IMG/VR virus record: IMGVR_UViG_3300024509_000012
Source of the DNA: an uncultured virus (IMG/VR IMGVR_UViG_3300024509_000012)
Lineage: Duplodnaviria; Heunggongvirae; Uroviricota; Caudoviricetes
DNA: 20,000 bases
Direction: 5' to 3' (one strand)
Shown: one piece after another, positions 1 to 9,106 of the stretch
Layout: the number at the start of each line of letters is the position of its first letter
Numbering within the stretch: the stretch's first letter is position 1
Notes under the pieces: model-generated
What the model was told of the DNA's origin: nothing
Database searches by the model: none
What the model saw: only the letters and a program-made list of their open reading frames with translations
Made by a program: the position numbers and the translations under genes

Positions 1-2094
1 ATTTCTTACATCAATGATATATTTCTGTAATGTTTCTTCATTACTTGTCATAATTAGTTTTACGCAGTTTTTCATTTCTTCTCTGCAAAACTTTGGAGTT
101 GAAGATTTAACAATCTCCATTCCCATGACTTTTAGTTTAGGTGTTTCATATCTTAACCCTTCAACATCATAGGTGTTTAAAATATATCTCTTTTTTGCTT
201 GCCAAATACCTTTATCAGCAATAACTTCTCGTTTCATTTTTAAGATTTCTGGATTCATTCCGTTTAAGAAATTATCAGAAATATCTTTAAAAATATTTTC
301 AATTTCTGTTTCAATTACATTAACACAAAAATCATCAATATAATCTACAATCTTTTTATTATCTGTTTCTTTAGGAAACATTTTGGATACAAGAGGATCT
401 AATGTAATGTAGTTTGAATCAGTATCAATATAAATCACATATTCATAATTTTCTGTTCCAATTTTTTTGTTTAAGAAATCATTTAGCTTATTACCGACAT
501 AACGAATAATAAACTGACCAGTCATTGTAACAGCTTGAGCATTTTCTAAATCAAAAAATCTAAAATATTCATTACCCATAGCTCCGTATAATGAATTTAA
601 TTGAATCTTCATTGTTTTCTGTTTTAAGTCATACTTACTTTGAAGATTATTAATATTTTCAATATCTGGATCGTTGGGATTTTCTTTTGCTTTCTTCTCC
701 ATTTCCTTAGCTAATTTTCTAAACTTAATTCTATCATTAAATAGTTTTTCAACAAGTTCAGAATAAAAACTAATAAAATCTTTTCTATACATTACACCAT
801 TTGCACCAATAGTATAATCTTTATCAAAAGAAAAGTCATTACTTTCTAATACCTGTTCAATATTAAAAAATTTCTTATTTGGGGATTTTGTCTCAACACC
901 GATATTTAAGAAACGAATAATAGAAGGGTAGAGTGAGTTAACGTCAAAACTAACAACCCATTTATGGAAACCAACTTTTGGATTTTTAACATATGCTCCA
1001 ACAAATTGATCACTCTTTGATGAATTTTTCTTCTGTGAAACAATAATGTTTTTGTTTTTTAGATAATTATAAATTGTGGTATCCCAAGTTCTGACCTGAG
1101 ATAAGACATCAACGTAATTAACATGACCAAAGTAAGCAACACTTAAAGTTAATTCGATTAGTTTTAGTTTTGCTTCTAATCTATCAACAAGAGCAACGTC
1201 TTGAATATTATATTCAACGAATGTTTGGTAATGGTTTGAATAGAATTCTTTGAACGAACCATCGAAGGGAAGTTTATTATCACCAAGTTCTACTTGAGCA
1301 ATAAAATCTAGTTTATATGATTCTCTTGGCTCAAGTACATTTTTCTTGTAGATTTCATAATAATCAATAATTGACGTACCATAAAGATCATAAGTTACAT
1401 TTTCTTTTCCATTCATGATAACAGTTTTTTCACGAATGTACTTCCAAAATGAAAGTCTTTTACTGGCTCCATCACCAAGAATCATATTTATACGTCTTAC
1501 AAGATAAGGAATATCGAAAAATCTGACATTCCAACCAGTAATAATATCTGGTTGCATCTTTTCCATGAAAAGTAAAAACTTATCTAAAAGTTCACTTTCA
1601 TCTTCACATTGAATGTAATTTTGATATTTATTTTTTGGAGTAAATTCACCAAGTCCAAAAGTAAAATAATGTTTTGAATTAAATACTTTTACGGTAATTA
1701 AATTTACACGTTCTTGAGTGTATTCTACTTTTGGGAAACCATGTTCAGATTCTGTCTCAATATCCAAAGTCATAATCTTGATATGTTTCATATCAAATTC
1801 AATATCATTTGGATAGTTTTCTGAGATGTATGAAAAAATAGGATTAATATCACCATAAATTGAGAAATTGGAAACATCCTTGTATTTCTCAATAAATTCA
1901 TTATAATCTTTGATATTTATAAAATCTACTTTTTCTAGATACTTATTGTCTAGAGATTTGAAGTTAGATTTATTTTTTGAAGGAATATAAAGTGATGGAG
2001 CATATTCAAACTTATAATTTGAGGGTACTCCGTTATTAACTTCACGAACATAAACAGTATTACCAATACTGGCAACATTTGTATAAAATTTCAT
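1..2094 (-). CDS. gp43: Family B DNA polymerase, T4 gp43-like (3' end beyond the window)
   Basis: Missing from the ORF track, translated by hand. ATG at 2094 gives MKFYTNVASIGNTVYVRE. It contains ExoI TLDIETES, motif A WVVSFDVNSLYPS, motif B KIQLNSLYG and motif C YIDTDS (codons at 418-426 are in frame with the start). Confidence 0.96.
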   Translation of the reverse strand, partial: MKFYTNVASIGNTVYVREVNNGVPSNYKFEYAPSLYIPSKNKSNFKSLDNKYLEKVDFINIKDYNEFIEKYKDVSNFSIYGDINPIFSYISENYPNDIEFDMKHIKIMTLDIETESEHGFPKVEYTQERVNLITVKVFNSKHYFTFGLGEFTPKNKYQNYIQCEDESELLDKFLLFMEKMQPDIITGWNVRFFDIPYLVRRINMILGDGASKRLSFWKYIREKTVIMNGKENVTYDLYGTSIIDYYEIYKKNVLEPRESYKLDFIAQVELGDNKLPFDGSFKEFYSNHYQTFVEYNIQDVALVDRLEAKLKLIELTLSVAYFGHVNYVDVLSQVRTWDTTIYNYLKNKNIIVSQKKNSSKSDQFVGAYVKNPKVGFHKWVVSFDVNSLYPSIIRFLNIGVETKSPNKKFFNIEQVLESNDFSFDKDYTIGANGVMYRKDFISFYSELVEKLFNDRIKFRKLAKEMEKKAKENPNDPDIENINNLQSKYDLKQKTMKIQLNSLYGAMGNEYFRFFDLENAQAVTMTGQFIIRYVGNKLNDFLNKKIGTENYEYVIYIDTDSNYITLDPLVSKMFPKETDNKKIVDYIDDFCVNVIETEIENIFKDISDNFLNGMNPEILKMKREVIADKGIWQAKKRYILNTYDVEGLRYETPKLKVMGMEIVKSSTPKFCREEMKNCVKLIMTSNEETLQKYIIDVRN

Positions 2095-2100
2095 AATTAT

Positions 2101-2129
2101 AGTATATCACAGTTTTTTGTTGTTGTCAA
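2101..2129 (-). promoter_or_regulatory. sigma70-type promoter for the polymerase, probably leaderless
   Basis: TTGACA-17 nt-TATACT, with the ATG 6 nt downstream and no SD. Confidence 0.8.
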
Positions 2130-2750
2130 CTAAGAAAGAAATATTTTTGATGAAAAATCATTAACCTTTGCTAAAAGTTCAGCACCATATCCACTATTTA
2201 AATTTAATCCCCTACCACCAATTACTTGTGTAACCGCTCTATCCGCATCTGCTTGATTAGTAAATTTTGTATTCCCATGTAAACCTACTAAAATAAATTT
2301 AACAGAAATAATAGCAGAAATAGTTTTATCACTTACCAATAAGTCCGGATTTTGAATAATATTGAATCCACACATATCACCATATGTCTTATAGTTAGCT
2401 CTACCTGTTAATTGGATATAACCTCTTCCACGATAAATCCAACCATCACCGGGATTTATATTGCCCATCAAACGACCGATAGAATTATTAGAACCATAAA
2501 TTAATTCTGCAAATTCTCTTGGATTACATTTAATTGTAGATAATTCAGAATCAGTTAATTTAGAAACTCTAGAACCAAATATAGATTTGATTCTAGAGTT
2601 GTCAGTTTTACAATAATTTAGATTTTCTTCTCTTGGGATTAAACCACATTCTTTTTGCATGTTAGCAATTATCGCTTTCTGCAAATAAGGGTTAGTAATT
2701 CCATGTGCTACAAACGCATCTAAAATTGGTTGTAAAAGTTGTTTATCCAT
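2130..2750 (-). CDS. Glycoside hydrolase family 19 (chitinase-like) endolysin/lysozyme
   Basis: GH19 signature GDGWIYRGRGYIQLTGRANY and EENLNY. Start is MDKQ (2750) or the upstream ATG at 2762. Confidence 0.88.
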   Translation of the reverse strand: MDKQLLQPILDAFVAHGITNPYLQKAIIANMQKECGLIPREENLNYCKTDNSRIKSIFGSRVSKLTDSELSTIKCNPREFAELIYGSNNSIGRLMGNINPGDGWIYRGRGYIQLTGRANYKTYGDMCGFNIIQNPDLLVSDKTISAIISVKFILVGLHGNTKFTNQADADRAVTQVIGGRGLNLNSGYGAELLAKVNDFSSKIFLS

Positions 2751-2752
2751 TT

Positions 2753-3394
2753 CTATGTCCAAAGAGATTTGCGAATTTTCATCAGACGAATTAACATTTT
2801 TTCATCTTCTTTTTCATATTTATTTTCGATTTTTGTTACTTTTTCAAATACTGCACTTTCTTTCTTAGTGAATGGTTTCATAGTATAAGTATTACTTCCT
2901 TCTTCTCTTATAAAATGTTCAGATAAGTTTTTATCTTTAAAAACTTCATCATAACCAGCTTCAATATATGGATCTGGTCTATTTGGTCTAGTTACTTTCC
3001 ACCAAGTATAAAGTTCTAAAATTTCTTTTGCTGATTTTGTTTGATGTTCTAATTGAGATTCATTAATTTCCCAATTTAGATATGCAATTCCATCTTGGGG
3101 TGAACGGAATCTGCAAAATTTCTTTTGAAACCAAGACAACTTAGAATATGCACTATCATCAGTCCATGTATTCATCCATGCTTTTTCAATTTCAACAAAA
3201 TCAACAAGAAGCTTGAAATTAACATGTAAAATGAGTTCACCTGTGTCATAATATCCAGGTTTTAAACCACTATTTACAATATAATATCTTCTAGTTGTTC
3301 TATATCTAATAGAATTCAAGATATTATGATATCTATATTTTACACTATACATAATATCTTCAAATTTATCTTTCCAATAATTTTTTGGTTGCAT
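2753..3394 (-). CDS. Hypothetical phage protein
   Basis: Long ORF in the operon orientation. The start is uncertain (3394 or 3409). Confidence 0.75.
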   Translation of the reverse strand: MQPKNYWKDKFEDIMYSVKYRYHNILNSIRYRTTRRYYIVNSGLKPGYYDTGELILHVNFKLLVDFVEIEKAWMNTWTDDSAYSKLSWFQKKFCRFRSPQDGIAYLNWEINESQLEHQTKSAKEILELYTWWKVTRPNRPDPYIEAGYDEVFKDKNLSEHFIREEGSNTYTMKPFTKKESAVFEKVTKIENKYEKEDEKMLIRLMKIRKSLWT

Positions 3395-3581
3395 TTTCAA
3401 TCCTTTCATCTAACTCTTCAATTGGTGAATAACCATTTCCAACTCTATGTGCATAGGACCATTTACAAATATTTCTTATTAAATTATTTAGTTTTTCTGA
3501 ATCTAGTGTAACTTCTGCATAGAGTTGGATTCTATGCAGAAGTTCTTCGTAGATTTCTATCTTTTGTTCATTTGTCATCAT
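3366..3581 (-). CDS. Hypothetical protein
   Basis: 71-aa ORF starting right after the receptor stop codon. Confidence 0.65.
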   Translation of the reverse strand: MMTNEQKIEIYEELLHRIQLYAEVTLDSEKLNNLIRNICKWSYAHRVGNGYSPIEELDERIENATKKLLER

Positions 3582-3582
3582 A

Positions 3583-6500
3583 TTAAAAATTGACTCTTAG
3601 ACTTAACTGTAACTGTCTAGAAGTTCCCAGACCAACAGTTTTATCTAGTGTTGATTGTACTGTTCCGAATGCTGCTCCTTTTGTTGCATTTGAATAAACC
3701 TGTCCAGGTTGTAGTGTATTAGACTGACCAATTCTGGATGGAATTGCATTTGGTAATTGTGCTGGAGGATTTGCAAAATTTACATTATTAAAGATGTTAT
3801 ATAATTCTGTTCTGAAAATTAAATTATATTTGTCTTTAGTGTAAATCTTTTTCTGAAGAGTTAGATCTGCTTGGAAAAGCATTGGACCTCTTAATGAGTA
3901 TCTAGAAGCATTTCCAAAAGTTCCAGGCATTGGTACTGAGAAAGCAGCAGGATTCAAGAAAATTGTTTTATCAGAATTCTTGATATATGGCGAAACTCCT
4001 AATACATAATCAGGTCTGCGGATTTGTCTTGTTTGACCACCACCAGGAACATTAATAACAGCTACAGAATTAGACCCTACAGAACTATTATAGTACATTC
4101 CAGATGATTTGTCAAAGAAGATAATATCGTTTCTGACGATTAATGGATCAAGAGGAAGACCTGATCTGGTATTGATAACAGAACCGATCTGCCATGTTTT
4201 CCATTCATACAATCCAACAACATTTAAATTATGACGAATATCCGCCGCATTATTACCATAATCAGTTCTCCAATTATAAGGATTTGCAACAGTTACAGTT
4301 TCATTTGAGCCACCAGATGAACCGATTGATCTTCCCCATGTGTATGATGCACCATAAGTTAGACCACTCTTTGTTTTTCTGTTTAGAGTTGCCTGTAAAG
4401 CATTATAATGATCATTACCACCTGATGTCTTTACGTCAACTTCAGCAAATCTATCACCCCATTGTCTCTTTACAGTTCCAGTAGGAGTTACATCTGTGAT
4501 TAGATTTCCAAGAGTTCTAATAAACAGATTTCTACCAAGAGAACCAACATATGCAACAGTTAAAACATTATCTTTAATTTGTTGTTGAACTGATGCTGTA
4601 TATGAGTAAACAGTTTCCGGAATATTATAACCAGAAGAATAAGCTCTTGGTTGAAATCGAAGATTTGGATCATTGATATTGTAAGAAGCAATAATTGAAG
4701 TAGGATTAATTGGATAAGTTGTATTAGTTATAGTCTTACTAACACGATCAGATTCAAATGGTTGAATTAGATCTTCTGGTTGTCCAGGTCCAAAATAAAC
4801 ACCAGTTCCTACACGAAATACAGTCTTACCATTTAGAGATTTTGGACTCCAAGTTCCAGATAATCTTGGTGAAAAATTATCTTTATTTGAACGATAGACA
4901 GGAAGATTATTTGGTAAAATGTTTCCTGTTTCTGGTGACCAATTAACTAATAGATTTCTCTTTTCTTTGAAAACTGAATAGAATTCATATCTAATTCCAT
5001 AATTAACAGTAAAGTTAGAAAATACTTTCCATTCATCTTGTGCATAACCAATTAGATAATTCTGAGTAATTTGTCTTTCTCCAGTTGCTCCATTATTAAA
5101 CGGAGAAGGTGCAGAAAGATCTCCCAAAAATTGAATTTGTAATGGACGATTATTAATTAGATCTTCTACGTTTGAGAAGCTATAAGTTGTACCACCAAGA
5201 CGATCTGTAAATAAACGGATAAATCTTAATTCTCCACCAAACTTAAAATTATGAGAAGAATTAATCCATGAAAAATTATCAATCAAAGTAATTGAAGTAT
5301 TAGTATAAGGTTGTCCACGTCCATTTGTAGCAGAATTTGATCTTACTAGACCACCAGCAGTAGCAAATCCTGTGCTTGAACCTTGTGTTGTAATACCAGA
5401 TAAAGCAACGCCACCAGTTAGATTAATTGAAATATCTGCTGGATTAAAGTTATTTACAATTGGTGCAGTTCCCCATGCTCTTGTTTTATAAGCATTTAAT
5501 CCAATCTTGGTTTCATTAATTTTCTGTGGCGAGATAATCCATTGAACATTTGCTACAGCATTTTGTGGGACCGCAGTAACATCAATAGAATTTCCAGTAA
5601 CACCTAGTGGTTGAATTGACTTACCATTATCTCTGAAGTAACGGAAATATCCAGAAAGATTATCTGAAATTTTTGAATCTAATCTTAGACCAAACGAATT
5701 TTCATCTACAGTCTGTTTTCTATCAATAGCAACAATAGAAGCATTTGGATCTGTTGTTGGAATATTTCCAACTGGATAAAGTGCTAGAAGATTTCTAACT
5801 TGTGGAACTGCTCTTGCTTTTGCTGATTCTGATGGAACAGCTTCTCTAAATGGAACTGATTGTCTCTGCCTTAGACCTTCATATGAAGCAAACCAAAAAG
5901 TCTTATCTTGCTTTACTGGACCGCCAATAGAGCCACCAAATTGATTTAGACGTAAAGGATTCTTAGTAGCATCAAAGAAATTTCTAGAATCTAATACATT
6001 ATTTCTAAGATATTCAAAAACACCACCATGAATCTTATTACCACCAGACTTAGTTACAATTGTGATTTGACCACCAGTTCCTGTACCATATTCTGCTGGA
6101 TAATTATTAGATTCAACACGAAATTCTTGAACATTTTCCATTGAAGATTGTAATCTAAAAAATGAAGAAATCTGTCCATTTAGATTACCTGGAGAAGCAT
6201 CAATAATAGAAGATCCTTCAATACCATCATATCTAATAGCATTTTGCTGATTAGATCTACCGCTAAACTTAATATTATCAAATGTACCACCACCAGCAGT
6301 TGAAGCGCCTGGAGCTAATAGATATAACTGCGAAATTTGTCTACCATTTAGTGGCAGATTTGAAACTTCTCTTTCAGAAACATTAACACCAATCTTCGCT
6401 GAGGATGTATCAATAGATGTAACTTCGCCACCTTCAACAATAATTTCAGTCTTAATAATTTGAGGTACTAAGATGAAATTAATACCAATAGATTCATTAA

Positions 6501-6768
6501 CTAATAGTTTAATTCCTGTTTTCTGTGTATTTGCAAAACCAGGAGCAGAAGCTTTTACATTATAAGATGAAGCAGGTAGATTTGTGATAATGTATTCACC
6601 AACTTCATTTGTTACAACTTCTCTTACAGATCCAGTTTTTTCGTTCTGAATCTTAACAGTTGCACCAATAATTACTTCTTCATTCTTATCAAAAATCTTT
6701 CCTCTAATAGAAGCTTCTTGACTGAATAGGCTAGTCGTTAATAAAAATAAACTTAATAAATATTTCAT
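3583..6768 (-). CDS. TonB-dependent receptor, Oar/Acidobacteria type, with N-terminal carboxypeptidase-regulatory-like domain
   Basis: Signal peptide, N-terminal GATVKI...GEYIITNLP...YNVKASAPGF domain, plug LPLNGR...VQEFRVESNNYPAEYG...TKSGGN, barrel YAQDEWK...NYGIRYE, and C-terminal RQLQLSLRVNF ending in Phe. Confidence 0.93.
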   Translation of the reverse strand: MKYLLSLFLLTTSLFSQEASIRGKIFDKNEEVIIGATVKIQNEKTGSVREVVTNEVGEYIITNLPASSYNVKASAPGFANTQKTGIKLLVNESIGINFILVPQIIKTEIIVEGGEVTSIDTSSAKIGVNVSEREVSNLPLNGRQISQLYLLAPGASTAGGGTFDNIKFSGRSNQQNAIRYDGIEGSSIIDASPGNLNGQISSFFRLQSSMENVQEFRVESNNYPAEYGTGTGGQITIVTKSGGNKIHGGVFEYLRNNVLDSRNFFDATKNPLRLNQFGGSIGGPVKQDKTFWFASYEGLRQRQSVPFREAVPSESAKARAVPQVRNLLALYPVGNIPTTDPNASIVAIDRKQTVDENSFGLRLDSKISDNLSGYFRYFRDNGKSIQPLGVTGNSIDVTAVPQNAVANVQWIISPQKINETKIGLNAYKTRAWGTAPIVNNFNPADISINLTGGVALSGITTQGSSTGFATAGGLVRSNSATNGRGQPYTNTSITLIDNFSWINSSHNFKFGGELRFIRLFTDRLGGTTYSFSNVEDLINNRPLQIQFLGDLSAPSPFNNGATGERQITQNYLIGYAQDEWKVFSNFTVNYGIRYEFYSVFKEKRNLLVNWSPETGNILPNNLPVYRSNKDNFSPRLSGTWSPKSLNGKTVFRVGTGVYFGPGQPEDLIQPFESDRVSKTITNTTYPINPTSIIASYNINDPNLRFQPRAYSSGYNIPETVYSYTASVQQQIKDNVLTVAYVGSLGRNLFIRTLGNLITDVTPTGTVKRQWGDRFAEVDVKTSGGNDHYNALQATLNRKTKSGLTYGASYTWGRSIGSSGGSNETVTVANPYNWRTDYGNNAADIRHNLNVVGLYEWKTWQIGSVINTRSGLPLDPLIVRNDIIFFDKSSGMYYNSSVGSNSVAVINVPGGGQTRQIRRPDYVLGVSPYIKNSDKTIFLNPAAFSVPMPGTFGNASRYSLRGPMLFQADLTLQKKIYTKDKYNLIFRTELYNIFNNVNFANPPAQLPNAIPSRIGQSNTLQPGQVYSNATKGAAFGTVQSTLDKTVGLGTSRQLQLSLRVNF

Positions 6769-6816
6769 AGATTCCTTTGTTACAATTTAATTAATTTTTT
6801 TACCCCTAAAACACTT

Positions 6817-6839
6817 ATCGGGAACCATTGGTTCCCGAT
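6817..6839. terminator. 10-bp stem hairpin between genes
   Basis: ATCGGGAACC-att-GGTTCCCGAT. The U-tract is on the + side and only weak on the - side. Confidence 0.5.
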
Positions 6840-6842
6840 TTT

Positions 6843-7124
6843 TTATTTAATTTTCTTATAAAGTTCTTCATATTTTTCACACAAGTTTTTTATTTGTGTG
6901 ACAGATTCAGGACTGACAATAGTTTCATCAAAATCACCAAATATAGAACGATAACCAAATATGTATTTTATTCCATTAACTAACCTCTTATAAAAAGGAA
7001 GTGGAGATAAATGCATTGTTAAAAACAGTTCTGGTGTTTCGGTTGTATCATATGGATCTAAGTAAAGATCCATTCTAACAACATGTTGTAATGATGTGCA
7101 TTCACATTCAATATATGTTTTCAC
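6843..7124 (-). CDS. Hypothetical phage protein (ECEC...H motif)
   Basis: Likely GTG start at 7124 (VKTYIECEC). The ORF-track extension overlaps hsp20 and a hairpin at 7133-7151. Confidence 0.7.
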   Translation of the reverse strand: MKTYIECECTSLQHVVRMDLYLDPYDTTETPELFLTMHLSPLPFYKRLVNGIKYIFGYRSIFGDFDETIVSPESVTQIKNLCEKYEELYKKIK

Positions 7125-7155
7125 TTTATTTTGGGGGGAGATTCTCCCCCCCTCC

Positions 7156-7581
7156 TTATTTAGTTGAAATTGTGAACTTCTTTGGTTTCTTATGTTCAGG
7201 AACAACTAGTTCTAGACTAACATCTAGTAGTCCATCTTGATAAGTTACATCTTTTACTTCAACATGTTCACCTAAAGTGAATGTCTTAGTAAAGACTCGT
7301 TCAGCAATTCCCTTATGTACATAAGAAATACCTTCTGGTAAATTCTTAGGCTTCACCTTACCCTGAATGATTAATTGATTTTCTTCAATTGAAACATCCA
7401 AATCTTCAGGACCAAATCCAGCAACTGCTAGAGTAATATTGAATTTGGTTGAATCTTCATTTTTTGTGAGATTGTAAGGAGGATAAGTTCCAGTTTGTTT
7501 GGCCTGTTCTGCCCAAAAACTGGTTAAATTATCATAAGAAGGGAAAGGAAATGTATCTAAATTAATACGTCTTAGTGTCAT
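7156..7581 (-). CDS. hsp20: Small heat shock protein (Hsp20/alpha-crystallin, IbpA-like)
   Basis: YPPYNL, LAVAGF, YVHKGIAERVF, DGLL and PEHKKPKKFTI motifs. SD GGAG precedes the ATG at 7581. Confidence 0.95.
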   Translation of the reverse strand: MTLRRINLDTFPFPSYDNLTSFWAEQAKQTGTYPPYNLTKNEDSTKFNITLAVAGFGPEDLDVSIEENQLIIQGKVKPKNLPEGISYVHKGIAERVFTKTFTLGEHVEVKDVTYQDGLLDVSLELVVPEHKKPKKFTISTK

Positions 7582-7634
7582 GTTTTTCTCCATTTAAGCG
7601 AGTGATTTAATGAGATCCTTTTAGGCATCTCATT
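7579..7634 (-). promoter_or_regulatory. ROSE/ibpA-like RNA thermometer leader
   Basis: Hairpin AUGAGAU(G)CCU-AAA-AGGAUCUCAU followed by CUCGCU-UAAAU-GGAG, i.e. the U(U/C)GCU motif facing the SD. Confidence 0.65.
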
Positions 7635-7636
7635 AT

Positions 7637-7644
7637 TATTTATA
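7637..7644 (-). promoter_or_regulatory. T4-type late promoter
   Basis: Exact TATAAATA immediately 5' of the hsp20 leader. Confidence 0.65.
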
Positions 7645-7650
7645 ATACCA

Positions 7651-7860
7651 TTATGGGGTATTAAAATCTGTATTTGAACTTGTCCATGTTATTGTTGGAT
7701 ATTGAGGATATTGAGGATATTGAGGATATTGAGGATATTGAGGATAAGGATAAAAATAAAATTGATTTTTAGAACGAACAACAATTTTATCTCCTTCAAT
7801 AACAATTTCTACATTATCATCAAATTCTAAATCTATATCTTTATATTTAATATGATTCAT
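7651..7860 (-). CDS. Small protein with (YPQ)5 repeat
   Basis: ATG at 7860 just downstream of a consensus promoter, MNHIKYKD...YPYPQYPQYPQYPQYPQYPT. Confidence 0.7.
   Translation of the reverse strand: MNHIKYKDIDLEFDDNVEIVIEGDKIVVRSKNQFYFYPYPQYPQYPQYPQYPQYPTITWTSSNTDFNTP
7697..7746. repeat. 9-bp tandem repeat GGATATTGA, 5 perfect copies plus a partial
   Basis: Read directly from the sequence. It is in frame and encodes YPQ. Confidence 0.95.
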
Positions 7861-7873
7861 ATTATATACTTTT

Positions 7874-7902
7874 ATTATAACAAAAAATGGGGCTTTTGTC
7901 AA
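7874..7902 (-). promoter_or_regulatory. sigma70 promoter nested in a terminator
   Basis: TTGACA-17-TATAAT, with the -35 hexamer in the loop of the terminator hairpin. Confidence 0.8.
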
Positions 7903-7910
7903 GCCCCATT
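7880..7910 (-). terminator. Intrinsic terminator after the virion gene
   Basis: AATGGGGCTT-GACAA-AAGCCCCATT-TTTTGT. Confidence 0.8.
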
Positions 7911-7930
7911 TAATTATTTTTTATTTTTTA

Positions 7931-8902
7931 TTATGCGTCTGGGAAGTTAATATCTTCTGCGTCACCAGTGATTGTTCCCATAGCAACTAGTGTTTCATAC
8001 TGAACACGTCCAGCACGTCCACCAGTTCCTACTGTTTTCTTAACCCAACCAGCATGGAAACCTTTATTACCAGAACCTAAAACTGATGCTGCTGTTGCTT
8101 CACCGGAAGTTAGTGTTAATGTTTGTGCGTTATTACCAGTTCCGGTTAAATCCATTAAACCAGTAGCACCACCAGTTTGTGCATTAGCTAATGTATCATA
8201 TAGTTTAAATGTATTGCCACCAGTTTTATTAATGTAATAAACAGTGGCATTTGTTAAACCACCCATTGTTGAACCACCACCATTTGAATATGTGACAGCA
8301 TCACCAGTTACAAATCTATGTGAATTATATGTAATAACTTCTGTTGATGTGTTAACTGCTGATGTTGCGATTGTTGCAAATGGCTTACCAACAGTAACTG
8401 TTGGTGCTGATGTATATGATGAACCAACATTTGATACAGCAATTGCAGTTACAACACCACCTGAAATTGTAGCAGTTGCAGCAGCAGAAGAACCACCACC
8501 ACCGCTAAATGAAACGGCTGGTGCTTCCATATATTGTGTTCCACCAGAAATAATTGCAACGTTTACAACATTGTCTGAACCAACAGAAATTTCTGTTGAG
8601 TCAACACCATAAACATTTGGAATATCTGCTGTTGGAATATATGATGGTTTTTCGTTAGCTGTTACGTTTCCAGAAATTGTAATTGTTGCTGTTGTTCCAG
8701 CATAAACTACAGCTAATGTTAATGCAGTATCGCTTGTGATTGATAAAACTTTATATTCAACACCAGAAATAACTAAATATTGTCCTGGTTCTAAATCTGT
8801 TGTGAATGCTGTTCCACTTCCTGTGACTGCTGCACTATTTTGTGTTACAGAAATTGATGTTCCTGTAATTGTTTTGGAATCTTTATTTCCCCAAAGTGAC
8901 AT
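7931..8902 (-). CDS. Putative virion structural/decoration protein
   Basis: T/G/S/A-rich beta-type sequence, with MSLWG N-terminus and HAGWV...GRAGRVQYETLVAM C-terminus as recalled from T4-like phage structural proteins. It has an upstream late promoter and SD AGGAG. Confidence 0.75.
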   Translation of the reverse strand: MSLWGNKDSKTITGTSISVTQNSAAVTGSGTAFTTDLEPGQYLVISGVEYKVLSITSDTALTLAVVYAGTTATITISGNVTANEKPSYIPTADIPNVYGVDSTEISVGSDNVVNVAIISGGTQYMEAPAVSFSGGGGSSAAATATISGGVVTAIAVSNVGSSYTSAPTVTVGKPFATIATSAVNTSTEVITYNSHRFVTGDAVTYSNGGGSTMGGLTNATVYYINKTGGNTFKLYDTLANAQTGGATGLMDLTGTGNNAQTLTLTSGEATAASVLGSGNKGFHAGWVKKTVGTGGRAGRVQYETLVAMGTITGDAEDINFPDA

Positions 8903-8942
8903 TTTTTCTCCTTATAAGGTAAAATTTTTCAATATGTAAAAA

Positions 8943-8950
8943 TATTTATA
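8943..8950 (-). promoter_or_regulatory. T4-type late promoter
   Basis: TATAAATA about 40 nt upstream of the virion gene and just after a terminator. Confidence 0.7.
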
Positions 8951-8955
8951 TAAAC

Positions 8956-8986
8956 AAAAAACTCAGGAGAAATCCTGAGTTTTTTT
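8956..8986 (-). terminator. Intrinsic terminator, bidirectional-looking
   Basis: AAAAACTCAGGA-tttc-TCCTGAGTTTTT. Confidence 0.8.
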
Positions 8987-9106
8987 ATTTTTTAACATTT
9001 GTAGATATTCATCTATGATTTTTTGGTCTTTATCGTTTAATTTCCAATTATTTAGCCAATTTCTAGCTATTACATCTTGTCTTTTTTCTTCTATTGTATT
9101 AGACAC
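8963..9106 (-). CDS. Small hypothetical protein (47 aa, not in the ORF track)
   Basis: GTG start overlapping the dUTPase end, MSNTIEEKRQDVIARNWLNNWKL. It fills the gap exactly. Confidence 0.5.
   Translation of the reverse strand: MSNTIEEKRQDVIARNWLNNWKLNDKDQKIIDEYLQMLKNKKTQDFS

Noticed and set aside
1..2094. Intein or intron in the polymerase
   Set aside because: Motif C is in frame about 556 codons from the start, which leaves no room for an insertion in the visible part.
7697..7746. CRISPR array
   Set aside because: A contiguous 9-bp tandem repeat with no spacers.
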